Positions 26,719-39,132 of a stretch of 51,964 nt of DNA are shown here, piece by piece. Position 1 is the stretch's first letter. Each line of letters opens with the position of its first letter. The position numbers and the translations under genes were made by a program. Origin of the DNA: Girardia tigrina (Eukaryota); the NCBI GenBank assembly GCA_001938485.1, contig MQRK01246925.1, positions 1 to 51,964 on the forward strand, read 5' to 3'. The notes beneath the pieces were generated by a model. It did no database searches, was not told the origin of the DNA, and saw only the letters and a program-made list of their open reading frames with translations.

Positions 26719-27489
26719 CTACAAGAATTTAAATAAACATTTGATTTCACTTCATAAAAAAACTTAATATATAAAAAAAACTATTCAAAAAATATTATAA
26801 AAAAAATAATTATTACTATATTTTACAAAAAATTATTTTATAAATATTATATTTAATTTATTAATTAAGAATAAATTAAAAAAGGTAATTAATAATTAAA
26901 GCGAAAATAGTTTAAAAAATATTATAAATAATTATTAATAAAATGAAAAACAATTTTAGAATTATTTAAACTTTGATTTTGTTTTTCAATCACTAATTTG
27001 AAAAATAATTTCATGAATTTAAAAACTTTGAAGAATAAAAAATTTTATAATTATAAAGGACAATAAAAATGAGTTTTTGATTTATTGTTTAAATGAAATT
27101 TCATCAATCATAATTTTTTTAACAAAAACATTAAAAAAACTTTATATTTACTCCGTGGAGACTTTATGGATTTTTGATAGTAAATTAAAATCATTTCATT
27201 AACAATTTCGTGGCATTTTTTATATTAATATTGTCAAAACAAATCATTTTTCATTAAATAAATAATATAATAATCAAATCTTAGTTAAATGTCTGATATG
27301 CTAAGCTGAAGCTATTTTAATTTGCTATATTTATTTTAAAAAAATGACCTTTTTCATAAAAAAAAGACTGAGAAAAGTATGAGTGTACAGCTTAGTTAAC
27401 TAAAAAGCAAGAAAACGTTATCTATGGATTTTAAAATTTAATTTTAATTTCAATTTCAACTTAAAAGGTTACAAGGACAAGATTTAATA

Positions 27490-28600
27490 TTGGCCGTCAA
27501 GTATGAAATTTGTAGATCTAAAGTTCATTTTTTGATAATTTACTAATACAAACATTTATGTCATTCATCAAACTATGCACCAATATTATCGATACACTTT
27601 TGCCATTTCAAAGGCACCTGGTTGAGGCTATTTGAATAATAATTTGGAGGGTGAGAATTTATAAATTCTTAAATGCCATTTTTATGGTATCTTCAGATTT
27701 TAATTTCTTTCCTATCCAAATGTTGTTCGAATTGAGGAAGGAATGGTAGTCAGCTAGGGTTAGGTAAGGTGAGTATGGAGGATGATGCGGAAGAATTCAA
27801 GTTCCTGTAGTTTTATCACTGTGTTAAGTGCAGTATGTGATTTTGAATTGTTGTGGAGCAAGATGTGAGTCGCCCTGTTTACAAAAGGCGGCTGTTTTTC
27901 TTTTAGTATCCTCTTCCAATTGGCTGCAGTAGACATCTGCTGTGATCGAGGAATCAGGTTACAAGAAGTCATAATGGATAAGTCATAATAATTGGACAAC
28001 CAAACACTCACTATCATATTCCTAAGATGAGTGTAGTACTTTGGATTGTGTTTTAATGCTTGGTTCGTGTTCATCCAGCTTGCTGAACGTTTGCGATTAT
28101 CATATTGGATTCAATTTTCATCACAGAGGACGATTAGACTCAAAAAGTTATCACATGTATAAGGAGAAAGCATAATCAAACAAACATCTATATGCTTTTG
28201 TTTCTTCTTTTCATTCAACTTATGTGGAATACAATTATACAACTTTCTTACTTAGCGATAAATCATAAGCATTTAGTGATGGATCCCTCTCCTGGTTTAC
28301 TTTCAGTTCGTCATTTTCTGAACCAATATGAGACTACCTACTGCAAAGTAGCATTGTATTCATTACACTATTGATGTTTTGGATGGTTTCTGATGCTGAG
28401 GTTTCACGTAGGAACTCGTCTTTCATTATAGTTTGAACTTCTGCATTTTTCATTTTTTAAAATATTGATTATTAAAACAAGTTATTAATATTTTACTTAA
28501 TTTTTATTGATGTGATTGATATGCAAAATATGCAGTGATCAAAATGTTAAGTCATTGTCAAACTATAGTTATTTGAATCTATTGTAATCATGTCTATTAA
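27490..28600 (-). mobile_element. Decayed near-full-length mariner
   Basis: The minus strand shows an MKNAEVQTIMKDEF start (~28453), IQYDNRKRSASW, ILLHNNSKSH and PYSPYLxxADYH motifs in shifting frames; TIR remnant ttggccgtcaagtatgaaatttgtag. Confidence 0.85.
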
Positions 28601-28854
28601 GAACATTTAAACAAGTCTCGTTTGAATTTTTATTACAATCACATTTAGAGTGATTATGACTCTCAGAAAGTCTTTCATCGTTTGCCATCGTTCTAATTGG
28701 TTTTCTTATTTCTGTTTTTAATCATGATTATTTGAACAATTTTTCTAAGTCATTTTTTAAAATATTTAACTTCTAAAAATTATTAATTAAAAATAATATT
28801 TTTTATCATTTCTCAATAAATCCCAAAATAATAAAACTGTCATCAAATTATTAA

Positions 28855-28928
28855 CACTTTGAGTGCGACATGACGCAGACTTCTGCGTCATATGAGTATT
28901 ACATATGAATATCACCGCACTCAAGGTG
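28855..28928. mobile_element. 74-bp piggyBac-type MITE
   Basis: TTAA on both sides (28851-54, 28929-32); 13-bp TIR cactttgagtgcg / cgcactcaaggtg; internal palindrome atgacgcaga-ct-tctgcgtcat. Confidence 0.8.
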
Positions 28929-29072
28929 TTAAAAATGCATTTAATTTAAATTTTACTAGAAAAATATCAAACTTAATTTTAGTTGTTAAATTAAAAAAAT
29001 ATGAACTTATAAAATAATTATTTTAATTATGTTCGAATAATCAATCACTTTAAATTTTAATAAAAAAACACC

Positions 29073-29178
29073 AATTTCCATCTGGGTGGGAGAATCACCA
29101 TTCTAAGTTCAACATACTTAAATCAACATACAGCATAAATACATTTACACATTCAAACAATTTAAAATATTCCTCACA
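29073..29178 (-). repeat. Dispersed TGTGAGG repeat copy
   Basis: ttccatctgggtgggagaatcacc...aaatattcctcaca; closest to the 51156 copy. Confidence 0.8.
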
Positions 29179-30534
29179 ATGTCTACAAATTTCATACTTG
29201 AAAAACTAATAAAATGAAAAAATAGAAAGAATTTACACAATAATGAATTGATAATCAAACCTGAAGAAACATCTTTTGACCAAAGCCTTGTGTCGCCAGA
29301 ATTATCACTTAACTTTATTATTAGATAAGAGCTCAACTGGCGATGAACATTTATTTATAATGGAACATTCATCAAAATGGTGAAAAATACAATAAATTAA
29401 ATTAGATTTTTTGTTAATGGTTTTGTAAACAAATTTGATCTGCGATAATTATTAAGAAAAGGATTATCCAAAACTGTAATAAATCAAGTAAATCGAAACC
29501 ATGCATGTGATTTCTTTGAGCATAATCTCAAACCTAAAAAGTTCGAGCAAGTCTACAGTTGGATATTAGCTGTAGCAGCCCACAAAACATATGAAAATAT
29601 TGTAGCTAAATATCTAGCTTTTGTATTTGATGAATGAATTAAATGATTTTAACAAAAAGGTCAAGTTTAGTTTAAGGCTTATAAATTGATTTAAAATAAT
29701 AAAAAGTTTAAATATTTAACCCTAGGAACTGATGAGGAAACATTGAAAAACTATGTAAAAGTAAATATTTGTACAAAAATATATATTATATTACATGATA
29801 TTATATTATTATATATATAATGTTTGTCTTAAGTGTCTGTCTATCTGCACGTCATACTCAAAGATCTACTACTTGCAATTGTAAGTAGACTATGATTTAT
29901 ATATTATATTATTATTAAAATTAAATAAATGTATTGAAAGATAAAATGTCAAACGTCACAAATGAAAATAAAGAATGTAACAATTTATAGTTTTAAATTG
30001 AAAATTATTAAATACTATTAATTATTAATTATTTGACCAAAATGTTTGTTTGTTGGTTTGTCTATCACTCTTAAGGTTTACTGTAATCAACTTCATTTTC
30101 ACTCTCAAACAATAAATTTTTCTGTACTGCCAATGCATTCATTCATGATTGCATCAGCTTCATTTATTGTTACAGGGCAAAGGCACTTCCTATGCTTGAA
30201 GTTAGTGCTTCCTTTTAGAAACAAAATTTACCTATAAATGAAAAGTTATTGATGCAGGTAGCTCAAGTGTACTAATGTACGAAATCCAATTTGACAATTT
30301 CTTAATGAAAACAAGCAAAATCAAGTGAATTTTTTCAGAATTTTTTTCATGTGTAGCTTGCTACCTATAAACTTTCTAGTGTCAAAACTAACCCGAAACT
30401 GTTAATTTATAATCAAGTATTGGTGGACTAAACATCTGATAATGAGAACTCAGTTAAATAGAGATCAAATATGGATACAGAATGTGACAGTTTATTATGA
30501 ACTCGATTTGCTTGTGTTCCAGAATGTAACATAT

Positions 30535-30640
30535 GGCAAGTGGATAGATAGATAAGAAACGATTGAATGTTCCTCAAGACCCCTGAACCTAACCCCGTAC
30601 GATTTCTTCACGTGGAGTAAACTAGAAGAAGATGTACATA
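30535..30640 (+). mobile_element. Short ITm (rosa/maT-like) transposase remnant
   Basis: gattgaatgttcctcaagacccctgaacctaaccccgtacgatttcttcacgtgg resembles IEWPPRSPDLTPxDFFxW with frameshifts. Confidence 0.5.
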
Positions 30641-31774
30641 CATTTAACATTTAAATAAGAATTTCAGAGATTAAAAAATAACAATGACCAATTGATTTTT
30701 CAATCTTAAAGAGATATAAAAAGTATAAGAAGAATATTTCAAAGATTATTTTAGTTAATTTTTTTGTTTTCATCATTTCCTTTTTTTAAATAGCAATAAT
30801 GTTTATTATTTTTTAGTTAATATTTTTCTAGGTTATTTCTAACAACGCTGTATATCAAAGAAAGGATCACACAATCACAAACTCTGGTACAATAGGACCA
30901 TGGTGGGTTGGGTTAAAATTTGATGTCAAGATCTACACCATATTATTTAAGTAAACAATAATAAATACATGTAGTTAAAGTTGATATAACTTTATTAAAA
31001 CGATAAAATATTCTACACAAGTTTAAGAGTATGTATGAACGTATATAAGTTTAAAAGTATGTAAGAAAATCTAAATCAAAAGAAAGTAAAAATATAAGTT
31101 AAAAGAGGATTAAAAAGATAATTACCAAAATACATAATTTTAAATATTTTAATGAAAAAAAAAGAAATTTTACTCTATTAAATTATCCATAATATAAAAA
31201 TATGAATGTGGCAAATATTGTATTAATGAATGACGACGAAAAATTAAACAATTTATTTTTCAATAAGGCTGGATTGAAATATGAGAACGATAAATAAATA
31301 GAGCTTTCTTTAGAGATCAAAATCTCAGTTTTTTTGTAAATATTATCATTTTCTCAAAATTATTAATTATATATTTTTAAGAGAATTTTTTGAATAACAA
31401 TAATTCTTTGGAATAAAAAGATTGATTTTAAACTACTGTTTTTATTTATTTTAAGATTATTTTCTAATCCTCGTAATTATAAAAAGTCTTATAAAATTGG
31501 AGAAAATAAATTCAACAATTTATTTGAAAATAAAGAATATTTTTAAAAATATTTTGATGCTTTGAAAAAAATAGTTTTAATAATATAATCTTTAATTTTA
31601 TTGATAATATTGTAACGACAAATAATTTAATATAAATAAAATTTATTTAACTTAATCATTTCAAGGTATTATCTTATTTAATTTTAGATAAATTCATCTC
31701 ATTCAGTAACTGACGTGTTTTTAAATTTTCGTGAAGACCTCTAAATAATATTTAATTTATAATAATTACATATT

Positions 31775-32212
31775 TAAAAAGTGAATGCCATTTTTCAAAA
31801 TTTATTTTTGTAATTAATTTTGGCGGATTACCCGCCATCTTCAGACTAAATTAACACTGGCTTTTTGCAGCTTATATATGAGAAAGATTATGTAATCAAT
31901 CATGTAATAAAGGCTCTATTTGAAAATGTTTAACAGAGAAGTTGAGTGTGAAGCTTGAATATTAATTTTCGGAACAATAGATCTTAAGGCCTCACACGTT
32001 ACTCTCTCTCGATTACTTTAAATTGATTACACAGAATTTGAAAATCATTTTCACCGATTTTCTTTTACATTTTAAATTATGTTCGGCAATATTGCTTCCA
32101 TTATCCAACCGACTATGTTCTTTGATCCGTTTTCAGAGATGACGAGATGCCTCTCCAATGTATGTGGCGTTACACCCATTACATGTTTAATGGAAAACAA
32201 ATTAATATTATA
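31775..32212 (-). mobile_element. Penelope-like element 3' end: GIY-YIG remnant plus pLTR with a degenerate hammerhead
   Basis: The minus strand reads TCNGCNATYIGEASRHL and is homologous to 35700-36110. The motif ctgaaga-t-ggcgg-gtaat-ccgcc-aaaa lies at 31808-31848 (GAAA mutated to AAAA). Confidence 0.8.
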
Positions 32213-32220
32213 AACCACTT

Positions 32221-32432
32221 GTATATAAAAGATATGTAGATGATGTATGTTTGATTTCTGATAATAAAGATCATGTAAAACCATTTCTAAATTATATGAA
32301 TTCGATCCATTCTAATATCAAATTCACAGTAGAGGAAGAAGTGCAGAGTACTCTACCATTTTTAGACCCATTGATCAACAGGAAATCTAATTGCTATGAA
32401 ACTGGGATTTACAGAAAGAAAACTGACACGGG
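32221..32432 (+). mobile_element. Penelope-like reverse transcriptase fragment
   Basis: VYKRYVDDVCLISDNKDHVKPFLNYMNSIHSNIKFTVEEEVQSTLPFLDPLINRKSNCYETGIYRKKTDTG contains the YVDD, IKFTxE, LPFLD and YRKxT motifs of PLE RTs. Confidence 0.88.
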
Positions 32433-32934
32433 TTGTACATCACTCCGGGTAGTTTCTGTGAAACTAGGTAAAATATTAAATTTTAACGAAGTTTAATAAA
32501 ATGATTATTCAAAAGAAAATACAATATTTAAAAACAATATATATAATTAAATACAAAAATTAATATAGAATATGTGAAAATAGTTTATGTTTATAATAGG
32601 TTTTAAATTAAAAAAAAATAAATACAATATAACCTTTCAAAAATAATAAATTAACATATGTTTATATTTAAAATTATTTTGATATTATTGGTTTGTGCAA
32701 GGAAAATTAAAAATCGTTCCTCAGAAATTTAATTAGGTAAATCCTATTTAAATAAGTGAGGCACTTTACCTCGGAAAATTTACAACAATATTGGTAAATT
32801 ATTGTATTGCTCAACGACACGTTCAATCCTCTCAAATACTTTGGCATAAATGTGCGATGAGAATTGTGGGAATTCTTCACCTGCTCGAATGCGCTGCGGG
32901 TAAAATCAAAAACGAATTAAAAATATATTTAAAA

Positions 32935-33148
32935 AATATATGCACTTCAACGGTATGACTGTAATCATTAGATCACTGCTTATGTGTAAGTCTAGACTTT
33001 TTATTAAACTCATGTGGAATATACTTATCCAAATTTTTCACTTTATCAATTTGAGTGATTCAATATTTTTGCTTTGTAAGACCAAAAGTTAGCGATAAAT
33101 CATGAGCACTTTGTGATGGATCCTCCACGGTTATCTTCAGTTCGTTAT
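32935..33148 (-). mobile_element. Mariner internal fragment; the matching 5' end/TIR is at ~34840-34988
   Basis: Similar to 28220-28315 (ttagcgataaatcat...gatggatcc...ttcagttcgt); 34918-34988 matches 28551-28596 and the family TIR. Confidence 0.65.
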
Positions 33149-33790
33149 TGGGTACGTCGACTTTACCGCGGTGACTTTACCGCGGACGACTTTATCGCGG
33201 GCGACTTTACCGCGGAAAATTTACAACAAAATTGTCAATAAGTGAACAATGTCATATAAAATATGAATAACATTTTTTAATTATGTAATGATAAAACAAT
33301 AAATCATACAAAGGTTTTAATTTTAAAACATAAATGGATAAAAAATTTCAGATTGACATGACATTTAATTATTCTTTTTATTAAAAAAATAAACAAACAA
33401 CATATGAAAAATTAGTAAATTCCAAATTTAAAAAATTCAAATAATATTTTAGAACAAATGAATAACACACGAAAAAAATGTAATGTATAAATAGAAGAAA
33501 GATAAAAAAACATTAAACTTGATACATTAAATTAATGGAATAGTAAATATATACTTTCATCAAAAAAGTTTAAATTATGAGCAACGCCTCTAAGATAATT
33601 CAATATTGGTAAATTATTGTATTGTTCAACGACACATTCAATCCTCTCACTTACTTTGGCATAAATTTGCGATGAGAATTGTGGGAATTCTCCACCTGCT
33701 CTAATGCGCTGCAAATTTAGTTCAACAAAATCTTGTTCATTACGAAATTGATTTATCGAATTATAAACAGTTGGGTGATTGCAAGTGATA
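33149..33790 (-). mobile_element. MULE/MuDR 3' end: TIR with tandem subrepeats and transposase C-terminus
   Basis: gggtacgtc followed by four gactttaccgcgg-type units (33159-33215). The minus strand reads ITCNHPTVYNSINQFRNEQDFVELNLQRIRAG...LNYLRGVAHNL, a typical animal MULE C-terminus; a partial second copy lies at 32787-32897. Confidence 0.75.
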
Positions 33791-35689
33791 GAATTTTAAG
33801 AAAAAGGCGGTGCTCATAATTTAAACTTTTTGGATTAAAGTATATATTTACTATTCCATTAATTTAATATATCAGTTTAATGTTTTTTGTATCTTTCTTC
33901 TATTTACACATTACATTTTTTTCATGTTATTCATTTGTTCTTAAATGTTATTTGAATTTTTTAAATTTGGAATTTACTAATTTTTCATATGTTGTTTGTT
34001 TATTTTTTTAATAAAAAGAATAATTAAATGTCATGTCAATCTGAAATTTTTTATCCATTTATGTTTTAAAATTAAAACCTTTGTATGATTCATTGTTTTA
34101 TCATTACATAATTAACAAATGTTATTCATATTTTATATGACATTGTTCACTTATTGACAATTTTGTTGTAAATTTTCCGAGGTAAAGTGCCTCACCTATT
34201 TAAACAGGATTTACCTAATTAAATTTCTGAGGAACGATTTTTAATTTTCCTTGCACAATCCAATAATATCAAAATAATTTTAAATATAAACATATGTTAA
34301 ATTATTATTATTTTTGAAATGTTATATTGTATTTAATTTTCTTAATTTAAAACCTATTATAAACATAAACTATTTTCACATATTCTATATTAATTTTTGT
34401 ATTTAATTATATATATTGTTTTTAAATATTGTATTTTCTTTTGAATAATCATTTTATTAAACTTCGTTAAAATTTAATATTTATTGTGATATTTAGTTTT
34501 TTTTCTAATTTGTAATTACTTTTAAAGTTTCATAAATTCTGTTAAAATATTTTTCGGATCTTATATTTCATTCGTTTTCTAATCTATTTTATTTATTAAT
34601 TTTATTAGTTTAAATTTCATTCGTTTTTTAAATCTATTTATTTAAAAATTTCATTATTTCAAATTTTATCTAAAAATTTTTTAAAAATTATTAATATTGA
34701 AACTTTATACCGCATTTTATTGTCTTTACTTATTTAACAATACATTTCTATTTTTACTCTCATAATTAAATATTTATTTAAAATGTTTTTTTATCTTTAG
34801 TTCAAAAATTTAAATGAGACTTGAAAATCCTCACGTGGTTGATTAATTTTTATTGATATATTCAATAGTCAAGATATGTATCAATAAAACAAAGAAAACT
34901 GAACAACAAAATTTTAAGTCATTGTAAAATTATATTTATTTTAATCAATTGTAATCATGCCTACAAATTTCATACTCAACAACCTAATATTATGTGATTT
35001 TATAAATATTCAATTATTTGATGGCAAAACGATTTGTTTGTATATCCATCAAAATAGTAACTTTATCCAAAAAGCTTCTGAAAATTTATATTATTGCGTG
35101 ATTCTCTAGTTTGAGAGAATTTGTCAATATTTTGTCAAGTGTCTCTCCAAAGACAATTATTGAATCTAAGGATTCTCAACTATTTCACAACCACTTCAAA
35201 ACTACTTACACCATAAAATGTGTGAGTATACTGTAATGGGTACATTAAAATTACATTAGAATTAATATAATTGAAAAAAAAACAGAAGTGGAAAAAATTG
35301 TGACAGAAATAAACGAAACGCTTATTTAATTCGCAGTAGGTTTTTTTCGATTTTTTAAATTCGAGAATTTTTACTGGTATAATTGATCAATCTGAAACAT
35401 TTAGAGGTTGTAATACCATTTTCCTAAAAATTAAATTCATCATCGTCAGATGTACCATTTGCGAGGATGTCGTAGTAAAGGGTGCACGACCATATGATTT
35501 CACATTATTTGATTTTGAATGCAGAGTATAAATTAGCTACCCAACTTAGAATTATGACTACGAATTACACATTTCGTTAAGGAGGTGATATAACTTTCAA
35601 ATCAGTATTCCAAGTACGATGAATATGAAAATTATTTCTCAATCATATTAAATTTCGGATATGTTAAGAAATAAATCCCCAACACTTCT

Positions 35690-36115
35690 CGGTATATGTT
35701 TTGATCTCGTTTATAAATATACTTGTAATGAGTGTAAGGTCACATACATTGGAGAGATTTCGCGTCATCTCTGGAGAGAGAGACTAAAGATGAAAGTCGA
35801 TTGGATGACCGCAGCAATGTTGGTGAACATAACTGAAATTGTTAAGAGAATGTAGAGGACAGTTATTTTAAATTGTTTTGTAATCGATTTAAAGATTATA
35901 AAAAGAGTGACGTTTGAGGCTTTATTGATAAACTCAATAGATCCAGAAATTAATTTTCAAGGTTCCTATTCAATTTCGTTGATCATTCTCAAAGAAAACC
36001 TGATGGCATTATTGGTTACATAACCATTGCTTCCTTATTTAAGCAACAGAATTCTTGTTAATTGTAGTCTGAAGAAATTAATACAAAAAGTGAAATTTAA
36101 AAAGGGCACCAGACT
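35690..36115 (+). mobile_element. Penelope-like element GIY-YIG endonuclease remnant and 3' end
   Basis: LVYKYTCNECKVTYIGEISRHL...RVTFEALLINSIDPEIN; the pLTR keeps agtctgaaga but has lost hammerhead stem II. Confidence 0.82.
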
Positions 36116-37339
36116 TTTACATATAAATCGTGTTTGCTTCAATACTTAACTCATATTTAAATTAAAGTAAAATAAATGCAAAAGATCTAAACATGTTTCT
36201 TTTTGGATATCTCTTCAAAATATTGAAAAAAAATAATTATATAGAAGTTTTATTTTTTTAAAAAAATGTTTTGTACTTCAAAAGAGGAATTAATTTATTA
36301 TTTAACTGTTAAATACTTATTTTTAATACATTTCAACATATTTTAAAAATAAAATTTTGAAACTTGTGTAGTATATAAGAATATAAATATTTATTAAACT
36401 AATTAACAATGATTCACATGACACTCTTTCCCAGTAACTATTAAATACATAAACCAAAATGTTTAATATAAATTAAATTTTACATAAGTTTATCAAATTT
36501 TAGTAAAATAAGAAATTTGATTTTAAAGAAAATTTAATTAATTTATTTTGGCGAAACGATTAATTAACGAGAATAAATTTGATCAAATATGTGTATTATT
36601 TTCATTAATTAATTTATTGTGATATTATGATTATGATATATATTAGGGAAAGAGAGAAGTTCTATAGAATTATATAGTAATTTTTACATTTTTTGAGGAA
36701 TTAGGTCACTTGAATGGTTTGATCATCAACACCAAATTTTACTAAGATATAAAACAAACATTCCTCTATCATGTTAATTTTAAAATTTTTTCTTTCAGGA
36801 AATGTTGACAGGAAATTGTTTACAATTTTTTAATAGTTTATCAAAAATATAAGGGGTTAGTTTAAATTTAAGTTTCGCCAAAATAGTTTATTATTGTTTA
36901 ATTTGAAAATTAAAAGAAATAAATTAAAAAACTAAAATGCAGAGTAAAAATATGATAAATAAATACTTATTTAAAATATGCTTACAGTACTAACAATTGA
37001 TATATTGTAATAAAAGTTATGAAATAAGTTTAAATAAATTTTAAAATAAATAATTAATGGATTAATATTTTAAGAAATAATTTTTTTAATAAAAGGGTTT
37101 GAAATTTAAATTAATTAGTTTATATGATAAAGTTTCGTAAAATGTTTGAATTAATTTAAAGTTTAAATTTCGTAAATTTTCAAAATTTAATCGAAAAAAA
37201 TTAATGAATTAATTTTGGGCGAAATAATTGAATTAACAAGAAATTTGTTTAAATATGTGAATTGTTGATATTAATAAATTTTGTGGTGTTAAATTATGAT
37301 TTCGGAATTTGATAATACTGAAAGTGGCATAAACGCTAC

Positions 37340-37950
37340 TTACAAAAAGTACATGTCAAAGACTCAAAGAATAAGTCAAAGAATAAGTACTTATTTTTTT
37401 CAAAACAAATTTTTTCACGTTATTCTACTCCAAATTATGGTCTAAAGAAGCCACTTTTCGATATTTTAATAAAAGAAGTAGTTCCTCGATAATTCTTAAA
37501 AGACACACCTTGATTGGAAAACATAAAAATTCAAGAGATTTGTAAAGCGATTTATCGTCAACAAGAAGTTTAGTTTTTATTTTTTCCATCTACAACGTCT
37601 TAAAATGTCGATTCTAAGGGACAAATAGCATTCAAAATGCAAAACAAATCAATATTTCAGCGTCTCTTTCTCCGTAAATGAAATTATCACTATATAAAAC
37701 GTAATTATCGATCAAATCGAGACTCACGGATCGACGTCAACTCCTAAACCGTCGAAATAAATGATTCCCATTTGAAAAATACATTGAAAGTCCAACATTT
37801 TTTCAATTCCTTCTTTAAAATAGTGAATACTTTCTCCATATTCCTCCTAAAACACATTTAATTCATTCTTAAATCAGTTTTTTAGTAAAACTCTTTAAAA
37901 AACAGTTATGCCACGTGGAAATAGACTTGATATTGGGTACATTTATTGCA
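37340..37950 (-). pseudogene. Intronic duplicate of the LRP2BP exon 1 end, intron 1, exon 2 and the start of intron 2
   Basis: Collinear with ~40370-40960. The exon 2 copy (37728-37846) is 119 nt because of a 1-nt deletion at its 3' end. Confidence 0.88.
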
Positions 37951-38228
37951 TACACCAAGTTCATAATATCAGAATTTCTTTTTATATGCTTATAGATTGG
38001 CTTTAGTGCCACTCCTTTAAGTGATATGATTATTTTAGAATAATGAATACTAAATATTTATTAGGTCCTCAAGTAATAAATTTACATAACTAAATTCAAA
38101 ATTTATTGATAATTTACCTATACAAATGAAAGTATAATATATCAATATGTTCCTCAGTATGTATTATATATAATTATTTTATTAAAATCTCAATCAGACA
38201 AAATAAATTAAAAATTTTATTTTACAGT

Positions 38229-38510
38229 TGTGAGGAATATTTGAATGTTTGATGTTTTGTGTTTGAATGTGTATGTTGATTTGGAATTGTGTCTCTCCTA
38301 CCCAGATGGATGATTAATATTTTCATTCTTATTATCTAAATATATGTAATGTTTAAATTTATTTTTAATTTCAAATAATTTTACAATTTTAAATAAGTTA
38401 ATTAATTTTTATAATATTTAATAAATAAATCAAATTAATATTTTTTAAATAATTAATAATNNNNNNNNNNNNNNNNNNNNNNNNNNNNNNNNNNNNNNNN
38501 NNNNNNNNNN

Positions 38511-38550
<40 letters not shown>

Positions 38551-38700
38551 CATTTGCTAAAAAAAATAATGAGAATTAATTCATTAATCAATTTCGTTTA
38601 GAATGCAAATGTACGAAAGTTTTGACAAAGATTGTCTTAAGAACAATCAAAATTGTTGTTTAAATAAAAATATAAAAAGTCAAATTGGTGTTCTTAATAA
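38229..38700 (+). repeat. Dispersed TGTGAGG repeat, long copy (spans an N-gap and an (AT)n run)
   Basis: Highly similar to 15529-15970. Confidence 0.8.
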
Positions 38701-39132
38701 CAGTTTTTTTTAAAAAAACTGACAAAACATTCGTTTTAACTTAATATTTATTTGTGTTGCCTCTTTTTGTAATTGATTTTCATAATATCGATTAAGGAAA
38801 AAAGAACGTTTTATAGAATTCTATTGCAATTTTTATATATTTTGCTGAAGTAGATTAATCGAATGGTTTAACTCATCAATTCCAAATTTTATTGAGACAT
38901 AAGACGAATCACCCTATAACCCAAATCTAAAACTTTTTTTCTTTAAAAAAATGTTTACCGAAAATTGCTTACAGTTTTTTGAAATAGTTTATCAAAAGTA
39001 TATACCAAAGATTACCAGTTTTAGGAAAAATTGTTTATTTTAATGTTCAAGTTGCTCTCAAAATTAAGGTCTAGAGAAACAAATTTTCGATATTTTAAGA
39101 AAGGAGTTAGTTCATGGATAATTTAACTAATA

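Larger units (their letters stand above)
32470..34483. repeat. Large fold-back inverted duplication built on a MULE end
   Basis: 33806-34188 is the inverse of 33205-33588, and 34163-34483 is the inverse of 32470-32788, at high identity. Confidence 0.85.

Noticed and set aside
29728-29750. ctgatgaggaaac as a hammerhead core
   Set aside because: No stem II between CUGAUGA and GAAA.
33159-33215. Short spaced repeats (gactttaccgcgg x4) as a CRISPR-like array
   Set aside because: Spacers are only 2 nt and the context is eukaryotic; these are MULE TIR subrepeats.
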